From an uncultured Acidobacteriaceae bacterium (GTDB lineage Bacteria; Acidobacteriota; Terriglobia; Terriglobales; Acidobacteriaceae): a DNA stretch of 64,000 nucleotides. A model generated the notes under the pieces. That model had not been told where the DNA came from and made no database searches. It saw only the letters and a program-made list of their open reading frames with translations. Numbering within the stretch: the first letter of the stretch is position 1; every line of letters starts with the position of its first letter. Below are positions 50,698 to 60,379 of the stretch, piece by piece. A program made the position numbers and the translations under genes. The stretch is taken from contig CAWFWK010000024.1 of assembly GCA_963819425.1 (NCBI GenBank), positions 38,875 to 102,874 of the forward strand. Direction: 5' to 3'.

Positions 50698-53600
50698 CTA
50701 TTTTCCCGTCGCGGTTTCTTCTGTGCTCATCGCCCTGGTGCGGTTCTGCGCCAGCTGGTAGCTCGAAGTTGAAATCCCCATCGCACTCTTTGGCTTCGTC
50801 AGCTTGCCGTAATCCGAGATCGCTACATCGCGTTCACCGTATTGCTCTGCGATGCGGCCAAACGCGTACCAGTAATCATCGTCCGGCTCATCCAGGTTCA
50901 GTTCATCCATCGCGCGCAACAACAGGTCGCGTGCTTCCTTGGTTTTGCCTGTCTCGGCGTACAAACATGCAAGGGTGTGCAGAACCGCAGGACTGTTCTG
51001 ATCCATTTGCGCCGCCTTGGTTGCCGTAGCCACATCGGCCTGGTCTACCTTGCCGGTGTAGAGGGCAAACCAAGCCATTGAGTTCAGCAGGCCTGCATTG
51101 CCCTTGCCCTGATCGATCAGCTTCTGGATCCATGCTCGAGCCGCGGCATAGTTTGCCCGGCTCGCTTCAATCTGTACTTTCGCCTGCAACGCGTCGGCAT
51201 CACCGTCCAGCAGCTTCAGGCGCGCATCCGCCAGAGCCAGCGCATCATCGTAGCGTTTCAACCCCATCAGCGCTTGCACATTCGTCATGAACGCGCTGCG
51301 TGATTCCGGCACTTCCTTCACCAAGTCCGACGCAACCTCGAGCAACTTTGCGAAATCTTCGAGTTCTCCGTATGCTTCGGCGAGCGCAATCTCGATGTTC
51401 ACCTTTTCGCGATTTGTGGATGTGCCCTTGCGCGCATCCTCCAGAAGTTTCACGCCCTGCGCGGCCGTCGGCTTCGTGCCGGCCAACAGTGCGGCTGCGG
51501 CCAGCGTCATTTTCTGCGCATCAGCCGCCTCGCCCTTGATCCAGAACCGCGGAAACACCGGCCCGGCCAGAGAGTCGTCCCCGCCTCCCAGATGCTGATC
51601 TTCGCGAATCCAATCCAGCAGCACTTTCGCCCCGCTCAGGTTGCCCGCCTTGATGCGGTCAAGCATTTCGAGTGCTGCTGCATTCGGCTTTTCAGAGGTA
51701 TCCAGCAGCTTGTACTGCCCATTCTCTTTCACCACAAAGAACGTCATGTTGGGGCCACCGGGAATCTGGACCTTCTCGCGAAATCCGTTCGTATCGTCGC
51801 CGTCCCCTTTGGGGTCGAATGCCTGCAGCATAATGTCGATCGTCACATCCAGCGAGTTTCCTTGCCGCGCCAACTGGCTATTCAGTTTTTTGCCGACACT
51901 CAATTCCTTTTTCAGGTCCTCGGGTTGTTCTGCACGAAGAACTACCATGGCGTTGCGGCTCATGATCGCTTCCATCCTGGCTTGCGTCAGATTCGGATCC
52001 ATGGTCAACAGAAAGGCTCGCTTCACGAGGTCTGTCGGAGTATTGGCGAATTGCAGATCTTCGTGCCGCTTCGCTTCGCGCAACATTCCCGCCAGCCCCA
52101 TTGTCTGGGCTGCATTGTCGCCACCTGCACCTGCCTGCAGAAAATCCGCAGCCAAAGCGTAGTGTCGCGTGTTCATCAGCATTTGGCCGGCCGTGCGTGC
52201 CGTATCCTTGAAGGCCGAGTCGGAATTCGAAAGCTTGTCGAATCTCCGACAGACCCTCCTTGCTTCCCTGCAGGATTGCACGGCTCGCCGCGATCAAGGC
52301 CACTGGCTGCGGATTCAGCGCCTGCGCCGACTTGATCGCTCCCTCTGCGTCCCCACCGTAGAACATCGCGAAGGGAAGATTATTCGGAATCTGCAACTCG
52401 GCCAGCTTGTCCGGCCCCAGCTTCTCGTACTCCGCTACCGCCTGTTTCAGATGTGCCTGCCCGCTGTAGCGCCGTCCTGCTGAGTCATATTCCAGCAAAA
52501 TCGCCAGATTCGCCTGCGCCGTATGCTCGTCCGGATCAAGCTTCACTGCGGCCTTGTAAGCCTCAGCCGCACCTGCCCAATCTGTTCCAGGACGCAACTC
52601 GCGACCCACCAGGTCATGCTTCAAAATGTCAGCGAGTGTCCGCTCCGCCAGCGCCGAATTCGGATCGAGCTTCACGGCCTGCCTTGCCTCGGCGCGAGCT
52701 GCCTCCCCCATGCCCGCCTGCATCATCACCCGTGCCACCTGCAAATGATGCACCGGGTCATTTGGGTTGGCGGAGATCAGACCGCGATAGCTGGCCAGCG
52801 CTTCTTTTACTTTGCCTTCGTGCAGAAGCGCCTCACCCTCCGGTTCGAAACTCACAAAGATCGCCGGTCCTGCAGCTATCTCCGCCACTTTGTTGCGGAC
52901 TTCCGTTGCTTCCGTCACGGTGTAGCGACGCTTTCCCGAGTCGAAGGCCAGCGTCCGCTTCCACCATGCCATCCTTCGCCTGCGAGAATGTCTCCTTCAG
53001 CACCGCGGGCCCCATCGCGATCTTTTCGTCCTTCGGCAACTCCTTCGGTACAAATCCCCTTGGCGGAATGATCTTGTACCTCCACTCCGCGGTGAAGGGC
53101 TGATCCAGTTCCCAATCCTCGGTGCGCGGCTTCTTCGGCTTGTCCTGGTCGTCCTTCTTCTTATCCGTGTCTTCCTTACGCTTTAAGTCTTCAGGCAACT
53201 GTTGAAACAGCGTGTCGACCCGAATAGCCGCAATCGCACTGTCCAGATCGGTATAACCGCGTTTCGCCTTGTCACACTCCAGTGTCAGCTCAAATTGTTT
53301 CGCCAGGTCTCCCGGGTCATTTCGCTCTACGCTCGTAAGTTTGTCGGCCATGTATTGCGCCTTCACGTAGGCTGTCAGTCCCTCGCGCGTTTCCTTGTTC
53401 GGATTATCCGCATAGAACGCGCGGTAGTGCGACTCGAACACCCCAGTCGGCACGGTCTTCTCCACTACCGTTGCCGGCCCGTTGTTGCTCAAACGAATCT
53501 CCCGATATTCCAGCAGCACATTCTCCCGCGATGTCGACTCAGGCGTCATCGTCAGCGCTGTGCTCTCGGGCCTTGCAATCAAGCGCACGCCTGCCCTGGT

Positions 53601-54934
53601 CGTTGATCGGCAACTGTCCTACGCGGGCGTACTGATCGGTCGCGTCAATCCATAGGTCCGCGTTGCCGGGGTGAACCATCGGATTCCCCGGCACGTACAC
53701 AATGGCGTGATCAAACAATCCCATGCCCGGGAGTTCTGCCGGAACATCCTGCCGCGAGCTAGCATTCAAGAGCGCCACATACGAGGGAATTCCCGCCGCG
53801 CGCAACATTGCCACCAGCAGCGTCGCCTTGTCTTTGCAGTCACCATATTTCAGCGCCAGCGTATCGGCCGGACTATGCGGCACAATTGCTGCCTCGCCAA
53901 ATTCAATTCCGGTGTAGCGCACCTCTTGATCGACATAATTGACAATTGCATCTACCTTCTCGGTCCGGATTGATTTTCCTGAAATCAATTCGTCCACAAT
54001 AGACTGCACCGAATCTGACTTCGCCTTGCTGTCGACGATTTTCGAGTACTCGGTTGCCAGCGTCTGCCACGATGCGCCGGTTGAGTAGTCGATCTCGGGA
54101 AAGAGATACACATCCGACGGCAGATTTGCGTCGTGAACTTCGATAGCCTCAAGCGAGCCAATTTCGTACGTGATCGTGACGCGCCCATTCACCTCAACAC
54201 GCTTCGGCGTCACTCCCGGGAGCAGGCGTGCCTGAATGCGCAGGGGCAGGGACGAGGGCGCATCGAAAACCGCGGTGCTGTGCGCCACCGGTACCTGCTC
54301 ATGTCCGAAAAAGGTGCGCCCAACGCGCCCCGGGGCAAAGAAGGGCTCGGTCTCCCGCTCCAGGAACTCCTCCTCCACCACCACGCCCGGCGCAATCGCC
54401 GGCAAGCGGCGCTCGCAGCCTCTTGCCGTCGCTGTATGTTTTGTAGTCGCCCCCGCGCGCCGGTTCTTCCGTGATGGCGTTCGGATCGAGATTGTGTTCC
54501 GTATAGTTGGGCTCGATCACGCGCGCACGAATCACCGGCCGCATCTCGTGCCATGGATCCCAGCCCACCGACAAGGTATCCCAGCCCTCCGCGCCTTTGG
54601 AGGTCAGCACCTTGTAGATGTAGTGGCTCACATGCGTCAGCCTGCCCGCTTCATCAAAAGTGAAGCTCTCGTCGTCATCGAACAGCACGATGTTTGCTCC
54701 ATCGGCTGTGACCCCCGACGATGCGGCTTGGTATAACTCCTTGGCCGGAAGTGAAAAATGCTTTGCATTCCAAGGCTGTGTATTTTCCTGGGCCCGGCAT
54801 TCGAGCACCACCACACAAGGCACCACCAGGGCGAGAAAGCAAGGAACAAAACGGCGCAACGCTGGAAAGTGCACAGCACTCCTCATTGAACAGGGATTCA
54901 TGTTCACGGTAAACCCGCGATAGGGCAAGCGCAA
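50698..54934 (-). pseudogene. Giant DUF3857 / transglutaminase-like / TPR-repeat protein, frame broken 4 times in this sequence
   Basis: One protein is spread over ORFs 54299..54934, 53539..54405, 52833..53588, 51878..52972 and 50698..52281. The junctions are at ~54405, ~53585, ~52955-52975 and ~52245-52265. There is a signal peptide. The transglutaminase core is LKYGDCKDKATLLVAMLRAAGIP, DHAIVYV, WIDATD. The C-terminal half is TPR-like. Confidence 0.7.
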
Positions 54935-54983
54935 GACCCGCGCGGACGGCTTGTAATCTTCGGTTACCGGCAGGCGTGATCGT

Positions 54984-56567
54984 CTAAACCGCTAGCCGCG
55001 CTTCCGCCGCAATCTCGCGCAACTCCGGCAGCACGCGCCCCAGGGCCATCGCCGGTGCATGTCTCTGTCCGAGCGCGAAATAGATGTCTTTGTAGAGCGC
55101 ATAGAGCCGCTCGTACACATCCACCGATCGCCGATCCGGTTCAACAGTCCGCAAGGGCAGGCACACTGCCTTCTGCGCCTCTTCAATCGTCTTGTAAATG
55201 CCAGCGGCCATCAGCGCCATGATCCCCGATCCCAGGCTCGTGGGAACCCCTGCCGGCACCAGCACCGGCTTGTTCAGCACATTGGCATACACCTGGTTCA
55301 GCACTTCATTCTTCTGCGGAATTCCGCCTGCGTTGATCACGCGATCCACGCGCACGCCATGCTCCGCCATGCGTTCAAGAATGATCCGCGTATGAAACGC
55401 CGTTCCCTCAATCGCCGCGAACAATTCATCCTGCGCCGTCTGCACCAGATTCCAGCCCAGCGTCACTCCGCCAAGTTCGGGATTCACCAGCACCGTGCGA
55501 TCGCCGTTATCCCAACTCAGTCGCAACAGCCCTGTCTGCCCAGCCTTGAACGACTCCAGCCCCTTCGAAAGCTCGTACACCCGCGTCCCCGCCCGCTGCG
55601 CGATCGCTTCAAAGATGTCGCCGGTCGCCGACAGGCCTGCTTCGATCCCGGTGTAGCCCGGATGCACGCTTCCCGGCACCACTCCGCAAACTCCCGGCAC
55701 CAGTTGTGCATCACGCGCCATCGCAATGATGCATGTCGACGTGCCCACCACGTTCACCACGTCGCCTTCGCGAATGTGCGAGCCGATCGCATCCCAGTGC
55801 GCGTCGAATGCTCCCACCGGAATCGGAATTCCCGCGCGCAAGCCAAGCTTCTCGGCCCACTCCGCCGATAGATGACCGGCAACCTTGTCGCTCGTCAGAT
55901 ACTCGCCGCCCATCTTCGCGCGCACACCCGCGAGCAGCGGATCGACCGAAACGAGAAACTCCTCCGGCGGCAATCCACCCCACTTGGGATTCCACATCCA
56001 CTTGTGGCCCATCGCGCACACGCTGCGTTTCAGCTCGCGCACGTTCTTCACGCCACTCAGCGTCGCGGCCACCATGTCGCAGTGCTCGAGCGCCGTCACA
56101 AACAAATCCCGCTTGCCTGGATTGTGCCGCAGCCAATGCAGCAGCTTTGCAAATCCCCACTCGTGCGAGTAGACCCCGCCGCACCACTCGATCGCTTCGA
56201 GCCCCGTCGCGTGCGCCTTGGTCGTGATCTCCTCCGCCTCGGCGTGCGCGCGATGATCGCACCACAGGTAGTACTCATCCAGCGGCTCAAGCCCCTCGCC
56301 CACCGGAATCACGCTCGATCCCGTCGTGTCCAGCGCAATGGCTTCCACACTGCCGCCGCTGATTCCTGTCGCAGCCAGCACATCCTTCGTCGCCACAGCC
56401 AGTGCTGCCATCTGGTCTGCATGCGACTGCGTCGCAAAATCCGGATCCTCGCGCCGGCGATGCAGCGGATACGAAGCCGACGCGGTCCCAATCGGTCCAT
56501 ACTGGCTGTCCACCAGGGTCACGCGCACACTCAACGTGCCGAAATCTACTCCGGCTACTACGGCCAT
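54984..56567 (-). CDS. araB: FGGY-family carbohydrate kinase, ribulokinase-like
   Basis: Start placed at ATG 56567 (MAVVAGVDFGTLSVRVTLVD). There is FGGY N- and C-domain similarity along the full length. The 751-aa track ORF is an upstream read-through artefact. Confidence 0.75.
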   Translation of the reverse strand: MAVVAGVDFGTLSVRVTLVDSQYGPIGTASASYPLHRRREDPDFATQSHADQMAALAVATKDVLAATGISGGSVEAIALDTTGSSVIPVGEGLEPLDEYYLWCDHRAHAEAEEITTKAHATGLEAIEWCGGVYSHEWGFAKLLHWLRHNPGKRDLFVTALEHCDMVAATLSGVKNVRELKRSVCAMGHKWMWNPKWGGLPPEEFLVSVDPLLAGVRAKMGGEYLTSDKVAGHLSAEWAEKLGLRAGIPIPVGAFDAHWDAIGSHIREGDVVNVVGTSTCIIAMARDAQLVPGVCGVVPGSVHPGYTGIEAGLSATGDIFEAIAQRAGTRVYELSKGLESFKAGQTGLLRLSWDNGDRTVLVNPELGGVTLGWNLVQTAQDELFAAIEGTAFHTRIILERMAEHGVRVDRVINAGGIPQKNEVLNQVYANVLNKPVLVPAGVPTSLGSGIMALMAAGIYKTIEEAQKAVCLPLRTVEPDRRSVDVYERLYALYKDIYFALGQRHAPAMALGRVLPELREIAAEARLAV

Positions 56568-56687
56568 TCGAAACTCCCGCGGTAAACGCTTTCCTGCTTT
56601 GAGCACCAGACTACACCACACTGAGATGCAACGGAAATTGCGAATCCACGCAGGTATCGCGCCGCCACCCGAAGGCGAAGAGGGCTT

Positions 56688-56796
56688 GGGTTCCGACGTC
56701 CCTACGGGACTGGGGCTGATGGTTTGTTCGCTGTCCCAGGGTTCCGCTGCGCTCCACCCTGGGCTATTTCCTACGTTCCCGCCGGGAACTTTGTGA
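56688..56796. repeat. REP/MITE-like element, family 2 (~108 bp, three internal hairpins)
   Basis: It is near-identical over most of its length to 60578-60686 and 60871-60978. Internal hairpins are GTCCC-nnn-GGGAC, CCCAGGG-N15-CCCTGGG and GTTCCC-nnn-GGGAAC. A 15-nt fragment (GGGTTCCGACGTCCC) recurs at 56882-56896. Confidence 0.75.
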
Positions 56797-56899
56797 TCCG
56801 GACTCCGCGACTGATCGCGGGATATTCTGGAGCAGTCGTTCATGGCGAGTTGCGCCACTCGAAGAGTATGAAAATGCGCCTGGGTTCCGACGTCCCACC

Positions 56900-57672
56900 T
56901 TGGCGCTTCTTTCACCTCCGACGCTCCCTTCAGCGCCGTCGACGTGCCCTCCTGGTTCTTCACCAGGATCGAAATTCTTCGATTGGACGGATCGTACGGA
57001 TTGGCTTTCACGCGCAACAACTGATCGGCATATCCGCGCACCTGCGTCACCTGGTTCCCGCGCACGCCATCCTGCTGCAGCAGTCTCCGCGCGGAGTTGG
57101 CCCGGTCCGCAGACAACTCCCAGTTGCTGTAGTTGGTGTCGTCGGAGTACTGCGCGGCATCCGTGTGTCCCTCGATCAGCAGGGAATTGGGCAGCGTCTT
57201 CAACTCTGCCGGCCAGCAGTCCCAGCAGTTCCTGTCCACTGTCGCTCAGCCGCGCGCTGCCGCTCTGATAGAACGTTCCGTTCTTGTCCTCCAGTAATTC
57301 GATCCGCAATCCCTCCGGCGTAATGGTGATTTCAATCTGCTTGGAAAGCTTCAGCAAGTCCTTCCTTGCACGGATCTCCTGCTTCCAGCTTTTCCTTCAG
57401 CTTCTGCATGTTATCGGCGCTGGCATCGTTACCGTCTCACCGGTGCCCGTCATCGTCGTGCCCATCATCGTGCCGGTGCCCCTGGGATCGTTGAAGTATC
57501 CCGCCACCGCCTTCTTCACCTTCTCACTCGAGTTCATCAGCCAAAGCACGATAAACAGCGACATCATAGCCGTCACAAAATCCGCATACGCCACCTTCCA
57601 CGCGCCGCCATGATGGCCGCCATGCCCGCTCTTGCGCTTGATGACGATGATCGGTTGTGCCTTTGCCGTCAC
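56900..57672 (-). pseudogene. motB: Flagellar-type stator protein MotB, frame broken 3 times; 3' end undefined
   Basis: The N-terminus is HGGAWKVAYADFVTAMMSLFIVLWLM (ORF 57397..57672). The middle part KDLLKLSKQIEITITPEGLRIEL is in ORF 56764..57357. The OmpA-like part NSLLIEGHTDA...NWELSADRANSARR...NRRISILV is in the frame of ORF 54984..57239. The junctions are at ~57.41-57.44 kb, ~57383 and ~57207. There is no in-frame stop before the REP element. Confidence 0.7.
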
Positions 57673-57684
57673 TTCCGCGCCTCT

Positions 57685-58569
57685 CTATGCGGCCTTCGCC
57701 GGTGCCGCGGCAGCGCCGCCCTGCCCCTTGCAGAACTTCTCCATCTCGTCGAAAGTCGGCCGCACGCGCGCAGGGATCGCACGGCGCCCCAGCTCGATCG
57801 CAATCATCGGAGCCGATCCCTTCAGAAACGCCAGCATCAGAACCCGCAGCACATGCAGATAGTCATTGTGCTCATCTGCAGTCTTCGCCATGTTCGAACT
57901 CAACGGACCCGCCACTCCGTAGCACAGGAGGATGCCGAGAAAGGTTCCCACCAGCGCAGCTGCCACCTTCTCGCCGATCTCTTCCGGAGGTCCGCCGAGC
58001 GAGCCCATCGTAATCACCACGCCGAGCACTGCCGCCACGATTCCCAATCCCGGCAGCGCATCCGCCACCGTTGTGAGGGCGGCGACGGGCTGCGTGGCCT
58101 CGTGATGGTGCACCTCCATATCCAGCTCCATCATCTGATCCATGTCGAAGGGATCCACGCCGCCCGTGATCGCCATCCGCAACGTGTCGCATACAAATTG
58201 CTGTGAGTGGTGGTCGGCGAGAAAATCCGGAAAAGCCTTGAAGATCGTGCTCTCCTTCGGCTTCTCGACATCGTTCTCAACGCTCAGCAGTCCTTCCTTG
58301 CGCACCTTGTTCAGGAACATGTACATCATCTTCAGCAGATTCAGATAGCGCTGTTTACCAAACTTCGAACCGCTCAGAACGCCTTTCAACCCCGAGAGAA
58401 TTCCCTTCAGAATATGCAGCGGATTCGCTACCAGCAGCGTTCCCGTCGCAGCACCTGCAATGATCAGCAACTCGGCGGGCTGCACCAGCACAGCGATGTG
58501 CCCTTTCTCCATCAGGAAGCCGCCAATCACCGCGCCAAACACGATAACTATGCCTATGATGGCAAACAT
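57685..58569 (-). CDS. motA: Flagellar-type stator protein MotA
   Basis: 294 aa with four TM helices and the MotA/TolQ/ExbB channel region (ALPGLGIVAAVLGVV). It lies 12 bp upstream of motB. Confidence 0.85.
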   Translation of the reverse strand: MFAIIGIVIVFGAVIGGFLMEKGHIAVLVQPAELLIIAGAATGTLLVANPLHILKGILSGLKGVLSGSKFGKQRYLNLLKMMYMFLNKVRKEGLLSVENDVEKPKESTIFKAFPDFLADHHSQQFVCDTLRMAITGGVDPFDMDQMMELDMEVHHHEATQPVAALTTVADALPGLGIVAAVLGVVITMGSLGGPPEEIGEKVAAALVGTFLGILLCYGVAGPLSSNMAKTADEHNDYLHVLRVLMLAFLKGSAPMIAIELGRRAIPARVRPTFDEMEKFCKGQGGAAAAPAKAA

Positions 58570-59447
58570 GCTGCTCTCCCCTGAGCTCCCGTAATGTGAT
58601 TTCCTCCCGCACGCACGCTCGCGAACATCGCGGCTTGCGCCCGCTCCAGCAACGCGGACAGCGGCTCGCCGCGCTCAGCCTGCGCTGCGCCGATACTCAC
58701 ACTGAGCGAAACACGATCGCCCCACCAGCGAAAATCCGTAGTGCGCGCCAGCCCGGCCAGTGTCTGCGCATGTGCCGCCAGCATCGCCGGATTGCGTTCG
58801 TGCGACAGCACAAGGAATTCATCGTCGCCCCAGCGCCCAATCTCTTCGGCCGGCTTCAACCCGCTCGCCAACGTTCGCTCCATCTTTTCCAGCATCGCCT
58901 CGCAGGCCCGTGCACCGTGCGTGCGCCGCAATCCGCACGCCTGGTCCGCGGTTACCCACAACACGCCGAGTGCGATTTCGTTCCGCAGAAAATCCTCATG
59001 CATTGTCGAGAGCCGGTCTTCAATTTCGGTCTGGGTCTCTCGAATGCGCGAATCTTCGCCGAGTTCTCCGTGAGGCAATGCTTCCAGGATCTCCGCTGGA
59101 TGAAACACCACGCCGGCCCCGATTTGCGCACCCAGGGCGTCGCGCAACACCAGCGCCCGCGCCATCACGGGAACTTCGTGCCCAACCTTGTGCCGCACAC
59201 TTACCAGCGATCCGCGGCCCGACGTCTCCCTATCCGCCTGCCTGATCCAGTGCTGCGCACCGCCGACCACAAGCGCATCCAGCATCTCGCGCACGCCGCG
59301 GCCTGCAATCTCTCCACTTGCAAACCCCGTGATCGTCTCCGCCGCGCGATTCCAGAGCGCCATGCGCCCATCGTGATCCGCGAGCGCAATGCCCTCCGCC
59401 AGTCCATCCAGCGCAGACTCCAGCAACTCGGTGCGGTCCACGGTCAC
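58554..59447 (-). CDS. PAS-domain protein with degenerate GGDEF domain
   Basis: PAS-like N-terminus (GIALADHDGRMALWNRAAETITGF). The GGDEF-fold C-terminus reads RWGDDEFLV instead of GGDEF/GGEEF, and KPAE sits where the RxxD I-site would be. The stop overlaps the motA start by 16 nt. Confidence 0.8.
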   Translation of the reverse strand: MTVDRTELLESALDGLAEGIALADHDGRMALWNRAAETITGFASGEIAGRGVREMLDALVVGGAQHWIRQADRETSGRGSLVSVRHKVGHEVPVMARALVLRDALGAQIGAGVVFHPAEILEALPHGELGEDSRIRETQTEIEDRLSTMHEDFLRNEIALGVLWVTADQACGLRRTHGARACEAMLEKMERTLASGLKPAEEIGRWGDDEFLVLSHERNPAMLAAHAQTLAGLARTTDFRWWGDRVSLSVSIGAAQAERGEPLSALLERAQAAMFASVRAGGNHITGAQGRAACLPS

Positions 59448-59546
59448 AGTCCTTCCACCCCGTTCATCGGCGGACAGGAGAGCAACTTGATTTTGCCCGC
59501 AGTCTGCTCGAGGTGCGGTGAATCGGGGATTTGGCGGAGAAGCGGA

Positions 59547-60080
59547 TCAGTCGTTCTGTTCGTCGTCGCTGTCCTCATCTACTTCGTCGTCGTAGCCCTT
59601 GTCGCCGGGATGGAGACAGTTGGAGCAGACGTCAGAGTAGGGACAATCGCTGCAGTCGTCGTCATCGTCGCAGACGTAGTTGCGAGGAGCGAGTTCGACG
59701 CCGTCCGAGGTCTGATCGGCGGACTGGACGGTTCCCCTCGGGTCTAGACACCACCCGCGGTCTATGAAATGCGAAGCAATTCTGAGCCCGGTGAAGAGAC
59801 TGGCAGCCTTTTTCAGGTCGAGGCGGCCAGTGAGGATGGCTTCGTTGATGCGCGCCACGGAGAGCTTAATGGCGGCGGGATCATCGGGTGGGGGCAGCAG
59901 GAGCGGTCCAAACTTCACTTCGACGGCGACGGAGTGAATTCTGGAGTGGTAGTAGCAAAACTGGCCGTTCTTGAGAGCGGGGGACTCGCAAGGAAGTCCG
60001 TTCATCTTGATGTGTCTGCAGGTCATATATCTCACAGGATGCGTCTCCTCTTTTCGCGCTTTTTGAGTCAAGTTTGTCAT
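59547..60080 (-). CDS. Hypothetical Cys-rich, highly acidic protein
   Basis: 177-aa ORF. The N-terminal cluster is C-x9-C-x10-C-x2-H (CRHIKMNGLPCESPALKNGQFCYYH). The C-terminal cluster is C-x5-C-x2-C-x5-C-x2-C, embedded in poly-Asp/Glu. An alternative start is ATG 60026. Confidence 0.5.
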   Translation of the reverse strand: MTNLTQKARKEETHPVRYMTCRHIKMNGLPCESPALKNGQFCYYHSRIHSVAVEVKFGPLLLPPPDDPAAIKLSVARINEAILTGRLDLKKAASLFTGLRIASHFIDRGWCLDPRGTVQSADQTSDGVELAPRNYVCDDDDDCSDCPYSDVCSNCLHPGDKGYDDEVDEDSDDEQND

Positions 60081-60379
60081 TCCAGACGAGTTTGGTTCTG
60101 ATGGGGGTGTTGTAAATGGTTGAAAATAAACAGGTTATTATGCAAAGTCGTCAAAACAAAGGACTTGGTGATGGGTTTTGGTGGTTTGCACCGTTGTTGA
60201 GGCAGAATCGTTGTTCCGCAAATAAAAGGGCGGCCGGTGATTGCCCACCAGGCCGCTCGGGCCGTCGTCGTCCTGTCTTATTTGTCTACTAGAAGTGTAG
60301 AGAATTCGGAGAAATAGCCTGCAAAGGTACGGGAAAGATATCTTGAGCGAGATGAGGGAGATGAACGGGGTCTTGGGAA

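Noticed and set aside
54984-57239. A 751-aa ORF that looks like a MotB-OmpA / repeat / sugar-kinase fusion protein.
   Set aside because: The kinase has its own conserved N-terminus at ATG 56567. The middle ~130 codons are a translated REP element and spacer with junk-like composition. The open frame is best explained by a missing motB stop in GC-rich sequence.
56900-58569. The MotA/MotB pair as a Zorya-like defence stator.
   Set aside because: MotA is a standard ~294-aa four-TM stator subunit without the long ZorA tail. MotB has an ordinary OmpA-like domain. No ZorC/D/E-like genes are adjacent.
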